Positions 22,083 through 33,194 of a DNA stretch of 64,000 bases are shown in pieces; position 1 is the stretch's first letter; each line of letters starts with the position of its first letter. A model generated the notes under the pieces. That model worked only from the letters and a program-made list of their open reading frames with translations, did not search any database and had not been told where the DNA came from. The position numbers were made by a program, and so were the translations under genes. Location of the stretch: IMG/VR virus record IMGVR_UViG_3300048929_000185, positions 1 to 64,000 of that record, one strand, 5' to 3'. The stretch is from a virus.

Positions 22083-24514
22083 CTTATTCTAAATCCTTTT
22101 TAATCCCAATATTTGATAACTTATGTAATAATTTCGTGATTCTATATTTTCTTTTCCGTGGTTTATCTGATATGTATGCAATCCACACCAGTAATGGAGC
22201 AAGATATCCGCATAGTAATGTTATAACCATTGCAAATACTGTTTCTACTCCGAAGTATTTTGGATCAAACTCTTCCCCTCTCATATCGTGAACAATGATA
22301 CAAAATATTGTTACTAATCCAACTAAAAAGTATCCAATTCCAATAATATCTGCCACTTTCTCCTCCTTTAAGATACAGATTTTAACCATTATTCACCTGT
22401 TTCCACTTGCCCAGATTCTTCTAACCACTCTTCAATACAGGGGAGACATGTATAACACGAAATTGGTTCTCCATCCATAAATCCAGTCTCCAGTAGGACA
22501 TATTCACCTGCTTTAATTTCGTTCCCACAACCACCCAAACACTCATGTGGTTTGCGACACTTTACGATCTTTTCTTTATGATTTGTGATATCATCTCCAA
22601 AATCTCCACTATAAAATCCGCTATCTAAATACAATTCTTTATCATATTTCATTTTTACATCTCCTTTTCTCAGATGAAACTCGCCTTTTACTTGTCTTTA
22701 AATAGTTCAACCGCTTTCAATGCTCTTTCGTATTCAAGTTTTGCTTGATTTAATTTGGCTTCAGCCTTATCTTTCTCGTCTTTCTTTTTAGTAATTTCCA
22801 TCTGTTCTCTTATATCTTTGTAGATCTTCTCAATATTTGGTTCATCTACATTCCAAAATAGCCCGTCAAAACAGCTATAGTAATATGAGGTGTAGTATTT
22901 TGCGAAATCATTACCGACACTTGAAACTCTTGCATAATTCAAACATTCCTTTTTTCTGCCATCTTTGTAATATACAACCTCACTGTTAATGTAAATAACT
23001 GGATACTTTTCACAATGTAATACTCTATCAGATGACTCGTAAATTCTATAAATATATTTCTGTTTACTCAGCTCTTTTAAATTCAACATATTAGCTCCAC
23101 TTTCTCTTTCTAAACTCAAAATATTTTCCATCTTTGTTCCACATTCTGTACACTCCATCAACCTTTTCAAAATGGTCGACTTCTGGATAATTCCTATCAT
23201 CTAATACGTGTAAAATTTCATCACTAGATAATTCACAACGTCGCTTGTTTATGTATTCACTTAATAGTTCAATCGTTTCAGTTGGCATAGTTACCTCATT
23301 TCGTCTCTGTTACTGAACCATCTGCTCATTATCCCAGAATGTAAATAATTGAATTGACTCTTAGTGGCATAGTTCTTAAATTCCGAATCTTTGTACTTCT
23401 CGTGAATATCTACCATTTTGCATCGATGTTTCGCAAGTTTTGTTTTAAGGTATAATTCTCTGTCTATCGCCCATACAATTTTTAAGAAAATCAAAAACTC
23501 TTTAATCATATAACTCCTTTCACTTTTCAAATAAACTTCATCTTTTATTTCTAAAATATTTCCTTATTTTTTCTTTTGCTGAATCTATGATCTGTGACGC
23601 AATACACCACAAAATCACAACAACAAATATCGCAAGTACAATTAATCCAATGATATCTTTAATTGTAAAAATTATCATGTTCACTCCTTCTGAAAATATC
23701 AGTTTAGTTCTCAATATTAATATCTCTACGTTCACAAACTTTCTTCCAATATCCATACGGAAAAGTATAGTGACTTCCGTCCTTACATTCTCTGCACCTG
23801 CTACAATAATCTCTATCTTCCCACCAGCAAGACGAGCAGTCAGATATATGTGTTATTGAGGTTCTATGATTCATAACCAGTGATTCAAGTTTCTGTAAAT
23901 CATTAGTGTTATTTGCGAACGTTTGTATACAATCACTTGCACACTTCTCACGAATATACCATTTTATAATTGCGACCTTTTCAATTTTTTTCATCATCAC
24001 TCCTTACTACTCTGGAAAATACTAATTCAACAGAATTCACTTTGAAATTCGGATATGAAAGCATCAACCATTTTTTTCATCTCGCTATACGTTCCGATAT
24101 TTCCTTTTGCTGGATCGTAATTCATAGCAACCAGTGCTCTCAATTCTCCAAACGCTCTTTCTGCTTGTGCTATTTGCAAGTTATACGTATGACCATAGCT
24201 TAATCTTTCCAAAACATCACCTCCACGCAATCCTAATATAGCCTATTTATTAACCATTGCTCCGCATCATTTTTCTTTGTGAATATTACTCGTTTATTTA
24301 AATTCTTTAAACTAAACTCCATTGGTGTACCCCATTTACCATATAATCCATATACATAACCATGTGCTGTATAATCGCTGGTGAACACTTTTAAACAATC
24401 TGGAATAAACTCACATACTTTGTTTTTTTCGATAGATGACACATAAAGTTTATCACCTACCTTACACCCAAAATCATCAAACATAATGTTCCTTTCTACT
24501 TGTTCAGTTAAATA

Positions 24515-24760
24515 CTAATTTGTTCGGCTATTCCACGCCTTAACTGCCGATTCCTCTGCCCATTCCTTTTCTAACGCCCATTTTATTATCTTCGCCCCAC
24601 ATTCTCGATTTTCACACATAATAGTGGTTCTGGTTCCTATATCTCCTGAGATACTTCCTTCTTGCGGCACAGATATTGAAACAGCTTTACTCCCGCAAAA
24701 CGGGCAAAAATTCAATTCTATCTTAGGCGGATTAAAAACCGAAATAATATCAACTCCCAT
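24515..24760 (-). CDS. Lar-like zinc-finger protein
   Basis: CPFCGS...C...CGA...AVKAWNSR. Confidence 0.8.
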   Translation of the reverse strand: MGVDIISVFNPPKIELNFCPFCGSKAVSISVPQEGSISGDIGTRTTIMCENRECGAKIIKWALEKEWAEESAVKAWNSRTN

Positions 24761-24796
24761 GTAGATCTCCTTTCTTGCTCGATTATATTTTATATC

Positions 24797-24868
24797 ATTA
24801 CTATATCGCTCTTACTACACTCTTATATTATCATTACTAGATTTCTTTGTCAATAGAAAAAATAAAAA
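24797..24868 (-). promoter_or_regulatory. Repeated sigmaA promoter, copy 2
   Basis: TTGACA (24848-53)-17-TAATAT; ATTACTATAT at 24797 and ATTACTAGAT at 24833. Confidence 0.88.
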
Positions 24869-25172
24869 TCCCTTGACAAATTATCGACTCAGATGAAACC
24901 CAAATTTCAATGGCAAAATATGCCATTATTTCTCACATTTTTCGTGTGAAACAAGCCAATCTGACACCTCTTGCTGCCGTGGAAGTCTGTTCAAAACATT
25001 ACAAGCATCATTGATTGCGTTATCATCTGGGAAGCTGACGTTGTACTTTGATTTTATGTAGATTAAATATTCAATAACTTCTCCTATTTTCATTTCTCTT
25101 ATCCTTTCTTGACTTAGAGTATAAAACGGTAAACCATCAATAACCTCAGGAGTTATGTTCATAATTCATCTC

Positions 25173-25664
25173 CTATTTCAATATTTTAGAATCCAGACAA
25201 TTCTTGCATAATTCGTAAATCATTCTCGCCATATTTTCCTTTTTAATGAAGTATACATGCATGTTATTTCTAGCTTGCCATGTTAAAAGAGTTCGAATAT
25301 AAGAATCCGGATTATAATTAGATCTGTATTTATGAGCAAAGATATCATCTAAACAATCGTCTTCTATCACTAAATACACTCTCTCAATATTTATCATACG
25401 ATTTAATTCTTTAAAAATCCTATCATCTTCTTTATTTGCTCCAGCTAAATTCCCAGCTAATTCTGATATGGAGTTTTTTCTTTCTATGCATAATTCGTCT
25501 ATAAAATAAGTATCTCTATCGAATCCGAGTTCTGGGCAAGCCTTTATTTTAAACGTATAATCACCAGTCTTTAATGCTTTTTCTTCATGTAATATCTTCT
25601 GGTTATCAAACTCTTCTAAGATATGATTATTTTTTTGTTCGTTTCCTGTATGTAATATAACCAT
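25173..25664 (-). CDS. ERCC4-domain nuclease
   Basis: EQ...LKTGDY...IERKNSISEL...LVIED. Confidence 0.88.
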   Translation of the reverse strand: MVILHTGNEQKNNHILEEFDNQKILHEEKALKTGDYTFKIKACPELGFDRDTYFIDELCIERKNSISELAGNLAGANKEDDRIFKELNRMINIERVYLVIEDDCLDDIFAHKYRSNYNPDSYIRTLLTWQARNNMHVYFIKKENMARMIYELCKNCLDSKILK

Positions 25665-25707
25665 GTTTTTAATTAATTGTTTGTACTCTCTATCGGTATA
25701 ATATTGT

Positions 25708-28700
25708 TTAGGAATCTTTTTTCACCGCCTTTATTATTGTCGTAAAACTTTTTATCCAGTATACTTTCGTGTTTGGTATTTCTACGTATTTATCATCTAC
25801 ATAATGTCCATCTAATTTCGTCTCCCATTGTATAAGTTTTATAACATCTCCTTCTTCAATTGGATTTTTATTGTAATCCGGTTTTTTAATCTTGAACTGC
25901 ATAGATACCCCCTGGGTAACCGTAATAACGTCAATTTTGGGAGAATATCTTGTATTGATTTCTTTTACATACAAGTATCCACTCAATTCTTTTATATTCG
26001 TTCTTGGTTCACCGAACACATCTAACTGAGCTTTAAGATTTTCTATTGGAGTTAATGAAATATCAGAATGGTTTTTTTCATACCTCTCTAATTCGGGTCT
26101 TCTTTTTTGTTTTGTTTTATCTGTGTGCTTTTTATCGTATTTATTTTTACCATCTTTAACTTCATCAAATATATCCAATAATTTTTGAGCTTGCCCGAAT
26201 TCACAAAAATAATCGACTGAGATCAACTTTCGAATATATTTACTCATAATATTGTTATCTATGAAATATATCAACAAAGATACAAAACTATTAAATTTCA
26301 TATCTTTTATTTTATACAATTGATCAGCCAATCCGTCACCTATGCCTTTTATTGACTTTAATGTTCCATTAATTGATTTACCATCTTCCGATATGGCAAA
26401 CGTTCTATTGTCTTGCCTAAATCTTAACGGAAGAAGTTCAATCTTGAACGCTTGCTTCATTTCCGATACCGCAAGAGATATTTTATTTTTATCTCCCTTG
26501 TCATTCATAATATTTAAGTATGTTTTGTAAAAATGTAATGGATAATAAGCTTTTAAAAATGCTCCATATAAGCTATCTAAAGCAACACAATAAGCATGAG
26601 AAGCGTTGAAACCATATCTGGCTGAATCTTGTATAATTTGCCAGACTTTACAAGCTAATTCATTAGATTCTTGTTCTGTCTTATTATCTATTTCCATAAT
26701 TTTTTTTGTAAAGTTTGGTACGAAAATAGATTCATATTCCATAATCTTCTTTTTACGCTTCTTACTAATACATTTAATTACAGTATAACAATCCCCCATT
26801 GAAATTCCCGCATAGTTCAGGGCAGACATGATCATCTCTTGATATAAAATAAAAGAGGAAGTCATTTCTGGAGTCTGGATAATCTTGTCAAATGCCGGGA
26901 TACCGTAATCAAAGTGCTCTCTATTCTGATATATTTTAAACATTGTCTTAAATGATGGTCGAATAGCAGCTACAAAAGCAGTTAATTCGGTAATGTTTTG
27001 TGCCTGATACTTCATCATTTTATTCTTTGATCCGCGTTGCTCAACCTGGTTGATTCCAATCGTGTATCCATATTTGTAAATATCGTTTACTTTTTGATTA
27101 TATTCGCTTTTTTCTAGTAGTTCAGTAACGTCATCTTCGCTTATTCCTATGCTTTTGTAAGTCAATTTTATTAGTTTTACGACATTTACTTTTAATAAGT
27201 CATTTTTTAAGAAATGATATTGCTCTGCCCATAGTCCATCCATTAAACTACATAAAGTCAATTTCTTTCCTTGATCAGATCTCATCATTACGAGTCCAAT
27301 TTCTTTACGAATATCTCCTTCATATATGAGATAAGCACAAGGATGAGGCGACCATGAAGCTATAATTCCCAAATATTTTTCGCTATCTTTTAGTATCTGA
27401 TGGTATTTTTCATCTATGTAATCCAATAATTGAATATCATCTTTGTCTTCTTCATCTACATTATTTAGATCTTTTTCATATTGTTTTATCTGAGCAGTAA
27501 TATCATTAGCTATATCAAACGGCACAGATTTTGCCTTTGCATACATTTTAAAAGCAGAAGATGCTTTATATTTACCATAGGCAATCATTGGGTAAGCGTT
27601 CTGTTCTCCGAAAATTTCTTTTTGTGTCTCCGCAAATACTTCAGGATTGCCAATATTAAAATCAATATCTGCAAGGGTTCTTGACTCTAAAATTCTAGTA
27701 GCAGACATAAATCTTTCAGGATACATTTTTACCTTTGCGGATATCCTATCTACTTTTGTAAAGCCTAGTAGTTTGTTAGTATAAAAGCTAACAGCAGATC
27801 CCCTTCCGGTATTGGTTATCATCCCCCCTTTGCTCACTGATTTTTTAATTAGTTCATAATCCATTAAAAAATAATCTGCGTGTTTAGATATAATAACCGT
27901 TTCTACTTCTTTCTCTATCTCTTTTTCGTAATGAGAAATTACGACGTTTATCATTTCTTCTTTTGGTAGATTATAAACATCCACATCTTTTACAACGTAA
28001 TAAAACTTATTAAATTCATGATTAATAATGTACTTAGCTAATCTGATAGTGTCCATGCTATCAAGTCTTTTTATTATCTTTATTTTTTCTTCTTCCCATA
28101 AGCCCCATATTAAATTTGAGTATTTTTCATCTCTTTCTTTTTGTGTCAAATTTTTATTTTCCGGAAGAATCGGCATCTTAACATCAGTATTAAAGCAAGG
28201 ATTATCATATTCTTCTACTGATAAAAATACATTTGTGTTACTAATGGCCTGCTCTATTTCGTTATCTGTCAAGATTCCCTGAATGACGAATCTCTCATAA
28301 GCGGTATCTCCGTCTGGATAGTCTAAATACCAACCTTCCTCATCTGGATAACTAATTCCTTTTGATTCTAAGTAATCATCTCTCTCCCACGCTGTACTGT
28401 CTGTTATATAATGACTATCACATCCCATAATGAGAGGAATATTTAATTGTTTCGCCAATTCTGAGATATGCTTATTTAATGACTTTTGTTTCTCTACGTT
28501 ATGATATTGAACCTCCAAGTAAAAATTATCTTCAAAAAATGAATGTAGTCCTTTTACTATTTCGTCTATGTCTTCATATTTCCAAAATGCAACGCAGGCT
28601 GTGCATACAATAACATCTTTAGGTGGTAGGCTATAAATTAAATCTAAATCTATTCTAGGCTGATTATAAAATCCACTAATATTCGCCTCAGATAAGATAT

Positions 28701-29088
28701 CATTTATTGCCTGTCTTCCGTTTTCATTTTTGGCATATATACAAATATGGCAATTAAAACCATCTTTTTCGTATCTATTTCTTACCCAATAAGCTTCAGT
28801 TCCAAATACAAATTTTAGAGGTTTTGTAGAATTATTACAGCCACCACATCTTCCTCCACATTTTTTACACTCCTCATTATCTTCGTCGAAATTAAAACAT
28901 TTATTTGCCAACTCATATCCTTCTATGTATCTTCCTTGCCAGCCGTGCTCCATGATACAAATTATTCCATGACCTAGTTCTACGGCTCTTTTAGCATAAT
29001 CCTCATTACTAACCACACAATCTGGAACTTTGGGATTACTACCATAACTATGTTTATGCTGGTTCTGAAATATTCTCGTTTTTATCAC
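25708..29088 (-). CDS. dnaE: DNA polymerase III alpha subunit (phage)
   Basis: PHP domain (HKHS, EHG, GTEAY, DSHY); GRGSA, ADIDFN, KNDLL, YGFNASHA. Confidence 0.95.
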   Translation of the reverse strand: MIKTRIFQNQHKHSYGSNPKVPDCVVSNEDYAKRAVELGHGIICIMEHGWQGRYIEGYELANKCFNFDEDNEECKKCGGRCGGCNNSTKPLKFVFGTEAYWVRNRYEKDGFNCHICIYAKNENGRQAINDILSEANISGFYNQPRIDLDLIYSLPPKDVIVCTACVAFWKYEDIDEIVKGLHSFFEDNFYLEVQYHNVEKQKSLNKHISELAKQLNIPLIMGCDSHYITDSTAWERDDYLESKGISYPDEEGWYLDYPDGDTAYERFVIQGILTDNEIEQAISNTNVFLSVEEYDNPCFNTDVKMPILPENKNLTQKERDEKYSNLIWGLWEEEKIKIIKRLDSMDTIRLAKYIINHEFNKFYYVVKDVDVYNLPKEEMINVVISHYEKEIEKEVETVIISKHADYFLMDYELIKKSVSKGGMITNTGRGSAVSFYTNKLLGFTKVDRISAKVKMYPERFMSATRILESRTLADIDFNIGNPEVFAETQKEIFGEQNAYPMIAYGKYKASSAFKMYAKAKSVPFDIANDITAQIKQYEKDLNNVDEEDKDDIQLLDYIDEKYHQILKDSEKYLGIIASWSPHPCAYLIYEGDIRKEIGLVMMRSDQGKKLTLCSLMDGLWAEQYHFLKNDLLKVNVVKLIKLTYKSIGISEDDVTELLEKSEYNQKVNDIYKYGYTIGINQVEQRGSKNKMMKYQAQNITELTAFVAAIRPSFKTMFKIYQNREHFDYGIPAFDKIIQTPEMTSSFILYQEMIMSALNYAGISMGDCYTVIKCISKKRKKKIMEYESIFVPNFTKKIMEIDNKTEQESNELACKVWQIIQDSARYGFNASHAYCVALDSLYGAFLKAYYPLHFYKTYLNIMNDKGDKNKISLAVSEMKQAFKIELLPLRFRQDNRTFAISEDGKSINGTLKSIKGIGDGLADQLYKIKDMKFNSFVSLLIYFIDNNIMSKYIRKLISVDYFCEFGQAQKLLDIFDEVKDGKNKYDKKHTDKTKQKRRPELERYEKNHSDISLTPIENLKAQLDVFGEPRTNIKELSGYLYVKEINTRYSPKIDVITVTQGVSMQFKIKKPDYNKNPIEEGDVIKLIQWETKLDGHYVDDKYVEIPNTKVYWIKSFTTIIKAVKKDS

Positions 29089-29090
29089 CT

Positions 29091-29873
29091 CTATTCTTCA
29101 TTTTTGTATTCACATTCGTCTCTATAGTCGCACAATGAACTACACATCATAAAAGATTTTTTCTCTATGAAATTTACATCTCGATAAATTTTTTGTATTG
29201 TTTTCTTTGCCCAAGTCAGTGTTTCTTGATATTCTTCTTCGTTAAAATCAATTACCGTTAATTTACCGCCATCTTTAAAATGATTCCATACAATTTTTGC
29301 TGGTTTACCATAATTATCAATAACAAACTTTGAATATATATACATTTGATGTTTGTACGATAAAAATTCTTCTATGTAATTTTTTAAAACTGTACCATCT
29401 TTTTTAAGAGGATATCCACTAGATTTATGATCGACAATTATAATTTCTTCTGTGATTTTGTTTTTAAGTAAAACATCTATATATCCGCGGAATTTATACT
29501 TTCCAACCTTAAAATTACAAGACAATTCAACTCCCAGTATTTCATAATTATTTAATAAATAGGATTCTACTGTACATAGATAATCACAACATTTTTCAAA
29601 AGTCGAATCCATTATTGACTGTTTTACTTTTTCACAAATAAGAGTATATTCTTCTATGTATATAAGTGGAGCTTCTTCAAGTTTTATCTCACCTTTAATG
29701 ATTCTTTCAATCACAGAATGCATAAGCTTTCCATTAGCTGCGTAATAATTCTGAATTCCTAGTCGTTTTTCTATGTATTTTAAATAAAAACTATAAGGAC
29801 ACTGTTCATAGCAATGAATACGGCTAAACGACCAGATCATTCCATCTAACACTTCTTTGTACTGATTTGACAA
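29091..29873 (-). CDS. PD-(D/E)XK nuclease (RecB/AddB/Cas4-like)
   Basis: SFSRI..YEQCP, GYIDV, DHKS, QMYIY and C-terminal C..LCDY...C. Confidence 0.88.
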   Translation of the reverse strand: MSNQYKEVLDGMIWSFSRIHCYEQCPYSFYLKYIEKRLGIQNYYAANGKLMHSVIERIIKGEIKLEEAPLIYIEEYTLICEKVKQSIMDSTFEKCCDYLCTVESYLLNNYEILGVELSCNFKVGKYKFRGYIDVLLKNKITEEIIIVDHKSSGYPLKKDGTVLKNYIEEFLSYKHQMYIYSKFVIDNYGKPAKIVWNHFKDGGKLTVIDFNEEEYQETLTWAKKTIQKIYRDVNFIEKKSFMMCSSLCDYRDECEYKNEE

Positions 29874-29877
29874 TTAA

Positions 29878-30882
29878 TCACCTCACTTTAGTCTTTGTTT
29901 CATATAGTCTTTTGAAAGTTTCATACCCAACATCAGCTGGTGAATTTTTTGTTTTTTCACCTCCTAAATCTTTATCTTTATTATCTATTAAATACAAATT
30001 AGTAAATCTTTTTAGTTTATTAATGTCTCTTTTAATATCTTTTTGTTTATAGTTAACATCAGTATCATAAGCGAATACAACGCTTACTCCAAGTTTTATA
30101 AGCAGAATTATTTGACTATCTGTTAAGTTATGCTTTTCTGCTGACACACAGTTTTTATATCCCCACCCATATGCTTTCATTACACTTTTTATAGATTCAA
30201 AAATAATAATCTCATCATTTTCTTTTACGTATGGTAATGTAATATCTAAACCTTGAAAATAATCCATATCGCCAATAGTTTTATAGTTTATGTATTTAGG
30301 TAGTTTTAACTGTTTATAATTTTTGTGTCTTGTTCTAGCTTTTATATTTATCAATCGTCCATCAATATCTCTCACAGGATATATAATCCTATTTGATCTT
30401 TTATCTATTCGTACATTAAATAAATCTAATTCCTCTTGACGTATACCTTCTTCTAACCACTCCGTTATTTCCTCTTTTGAATATTGCTCATATTCGGATT
30501 CGCTTAATATTTCGTGACTAATTTGCTCAGGATATATTCTGGATTGTTTAATTTTTCTTAAATAAGATACCGTAGGGGATTGACACATTTTACCCATGTC
30601 TAAATCTGCAAGTTTTGCGGCCTTTTCTACCGCTTTATCAAAAGATAATCCTTCAAAGTCAACCAAATATCCAATTATGTATCCACCTTTTCCACAGGAA
30701 AAACAATAATAACTATTTTTTGCTGGTGTTATAGAGAATGATGGCGTTAAGTCGACATGTAAAGGACAGCTACCAAAATAATCATTTCCCTTGCGTTCAA
30801 GTTTTATTTGCTGGCTAACGTAATTAAGTAAATCAACTTTAGAATTTATTTCTCGTAAAAAATCGTCATCATAGACGCTCAA
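29878..30882 (-). CDS. dnaG: DNA primase
   Basis: CHC2 finger CPLH...CFSC; TOPRIM FES..S and YDTD. Confidence 0.92.
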   Translation of the reverse strand: MSVYDDDFLREINSKVDLLNYVSQQIKLERKGNDYFGSCPLHVDLTPSFSITPAKNSYYCFSCGKGGYIIGYLVDFEGLSFDKAVEKAAKLADLDMGKMCQSPTVSYLRKIKQSRIYPEQISHEILSESEYEQYSKEEITEWLEEGIRQEELDLFNVRIDKRSNRIIYPVRDIDGRLINIKARTRHKNYKQLKLPKYINYKTIGDMDYFQGLDITLPYVKENDEIIIFESIKSVMKAYGWGYKNCVSAEKHNLTDSQIILLIKLGVSVVFAYDTDVNYKQKDIKRDINKLKRFTNLYLIDNKDKDLGGEKTKNSPADVGYETFKRLYETKTKVR

Positions 30883-30896
30883 TCATTCTCACCACC

Positions 30897-32255
30897 TTAT
30901 TCAAATGGTTCTTGTGTGTTTTGATGCTGTTCCGCTTCAATTATTCCTACTCTATCAGAGGTAAACATCATATCGAGATAATCATTTTCTCCCATATGTT
31001 GCTTTCCTAACCTGTTTAATTTAACTCTTAGCTTATGAGTACCACATTTTGCTCCGTCTCTTATAATTTCTTCATCTGTTTTTTCTGACCATTGAACCGC
31101 AACGGAGCAATATTTTTCAATCCCATCTGATTCCGCTACTTCGTTTGCTCTATTTAACTGGCAAAATGCGAGTACGGACATTTTTAAATCTCCCGCTATT
31201 ACATTTTTAAGCCAGTTTGTAATACCTGCCATGTAAGCACTTCTTTCCGCCGAATTTAAAATTGCATCATCGCATTTTATATAATCCCAAACAATAAACT
31301 TTAATCCAATCTCAATCTTCTTTTGTGCACATATAGAGTAGAACCTTTCCTTTGTGATATATGGATCAAAATTATGAAACAACGGCAAAGACTCTATGTA
31401 TTCATTTGTTTCCTCTATTAGCTTAACTTCTTTATCCGTAAGCGTATCGTTTTTAATTCGGCTAACGGAAATTCCAGTTAAATATGCAGCAACTCGGATG
31501 TACCAGTTTTCATCTGACATTTCACTATCTTGAATAAAAGTAGGAACGCCATTCATTGCTTTATGCAATCCTTCAATCTGAGCAACCCATGATTTACCCT
31601 TTTTCATTCTGGCTTCAATTACAATTAACTCCGTTTCCTCATATTGAAAAAATTCATTTACTGTAGGAAAGAAAGATGGAAGGCCGTAAGACTCGCCCCT
31701 ATCTTTTTTCTCTTTTATTTTTTTCCATATTTCTTTAACTTTTGATCCAAAGGTTGTTATTTCTCCGTCTGTAACATATTTTGTAGTTAATCCATTGACT
31801 TCTTTATAGATTCCATTACTCATATCATCTAAGTGCACATTTTCGTTAAAACATAATTTTTGCCACTCGAGTGTTTTCTTGTAAAAATCTCTTTTGAAGG
31901 AAAGTTCTACAACATGATTGACTAGCATTTTATATTCTTCAACGGAATCTCTTTTTGCATTTATACATAAATCAATGTATTCTTGCATACTTGGCATATT
32001 GTATTTTTCTAGTTCATTCTTTTTAGCGGGATTTGATTCTATCATCTGTTCAATATTCATCGCCGTAATATTAGTAATCTTCTTATTGTATAATTCTTTA
32101 ATTGCCCAATAAATAATTGCATTATCAGAACTATAAAAGTATTTATCCTTTAAATAATTACTGTTTAATATAAATTCAGGATGGTAAACCAACGTGGAAA
32201 TAATGCCCGCTTCTGCTTTATTGTCTGAAATTTCATTGATCTCTATTGTCATCAC
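30897..32255 (-). CDS. dnaB: Replicative DnaB-like helicase
   Basis: Walker A ARMKKGKS; SEM, WDYIK, QLNR and LNRLG. Confidence 0.9.
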   Translation of the reverse strand: MMTIEINEISDNKAEAGIISTLVYHPEFILNSNYLKDKYFYSSDNAIIYWAIKELYNKKITNITAMNIEQMIESNPAKKNELEKYNMPSMQEYIDLCINAKRDSVEEYKMLVNHVVELSFKRDFYKKTLEWQKLCFNENVHLDDMSNGIYKEVNGLTTKYVTDGEITTFGSKVKEIWKKIKEKKDRGESYGLPSFFPTVNEFFQYEETELIVIEARMKKGKSWVAQIEGLHKAMNGVPTFIQDSEMSDENWYIRVAAYLTGISVSRIKNDTLTDKEVKLIEETNEYIESLPLFHNFDPYITKERFYSICAQKKIEIGLKFIVWDYIKCDDAILNSAERSAYMAGITNWLKNVIAGDLKMSVLAFCQLNRANEVAESDGIEKYCSVAVQWSEKTDEEIIRDGAKCGTHKLRVKLNRLGKQHMGENDYLDMMFTSDRVGIIEAEQHQNTQEPFE

Positions 32256-32733
32256 CGCCTAAAATTTGACCAAAGCCAGGGTTGCAAGTTGAACTAAACT
32301 TAAAAGTTCTTTCTCTGCTTACTGGTTTAATGTCATTATTCATGTTTTTTTCAATTTCTTTTCTCTTAATTTGATTCTTCATTGCTTGGTATTTTTTCTT
32401 AATTTCCATATCATTCTTAACTAACCACCCAAGTGTAAAAATCCCTTTGAATGGAGTTTTTTTATGTATCGCCTGACATAAAACATATAGCACGTATTCC
32501 GCATTTGAATTGCTTACAAAACCATTGATGGCTTTTCTTACCATGTGAAAATCTTCAGTTGATCTGTAATATTTATAATAAATATCAAATATTTGTGTTT
32601 TAAAACATTTTTCTTCGTGGCAATCCTTATGATAATAGCGAGTACCATCCTTTATTGCTTCTTCGGATGGTATTTTCTCGCCATTGTGAAGGCAACCACT
32701 ATATCCACAAACATATTCCTTTGCCTTCGCCAT
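32233..32733 (-). CDS. Hypothetical replication-module protein with Cys/His finger
   Basis: CGYSGC...YHKDC; lies between ssb and the helicase. Confidence 0.7.
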   Translation of the reverse strand: MAKAKEYVCGYSGCLHNGEKIPSEEAIKDGTRYYHKDCHEEKCFKTQIFDIYYKYYRSTEDFHMVRKAINGFVSNSNAEYVLYVLCQAIHKKTPFKGIFTLGWLVKNDMEIKKKYQAMKNQIKRKEIEKNMNNDIKPVSRERTFKFSSTCNPGFGQILGGDDNRDQ

Positions 32734-32747
32734 ATTTATCTCCTCAA

Positions 32748-33191
32748 TTAGTTGAAGGGTAAGCCCCCGTCTTCCACTCCGTCTGGAATATTCATAAATC
32801 CATCATTTGATGCTGCCTGTGGCGTTGGTCTTGATGTCTGTCTTGGAGAATTCCCCTCTGTTCCATTAGAACCCTTACTCTCAGCAAATTCCACTTCTTC
32901 TACAACCACATCTGTTGTATATATTTTCTGTCCATCTTTGTTAGTATAATTACCCGTTTGGATTCTTCCTACCACAGCGATCTTAGAACCCTGTTTAAAA
33001 TATTTTTCAATGAATTCTGCTGTCTTTCCAAATGCGACGTGATTAATAAAATCTGCCGTAGGTTCCCCCTCTTTTTTGATTTTACGGTCAATAGCTAGAG
33101 TGAATTTAGCAATTGCCGTAGGGTTTGCTCCCTGAGAATATCTTACTTCCGGATCACGAGTTAATCTTCCGATTTCAATGAGTTTTTGCAT
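32748..33191 (-). CDS. ssb: Single-stranded DNA-binding protein
   Basis: GRLTRDPEVRY, ADFI, acidic LPF tail. Confidence 0.97.
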   Translation of the reverse strand: MQKLIEIGRLTRDPEVRYSQGANPTAIAKFTLAIDRKIKKEGEPTADFINHVAFGKTAEFIEKYFKQGSKIAVVGRIQTGNYTNKDGQKIYTTDVVVEEVEFAESKGSNGTEGNSPRQTSRPTPQAASNDGFMNIPDGVEDGGLPFN

Positions 33192-33194
33192 ATG

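Noticed and set aside
29091-29873. Cas4 / CRISPR system
   Set aside because: No repeat-spacer array or other cas genes; the gene lies within the replication operon.
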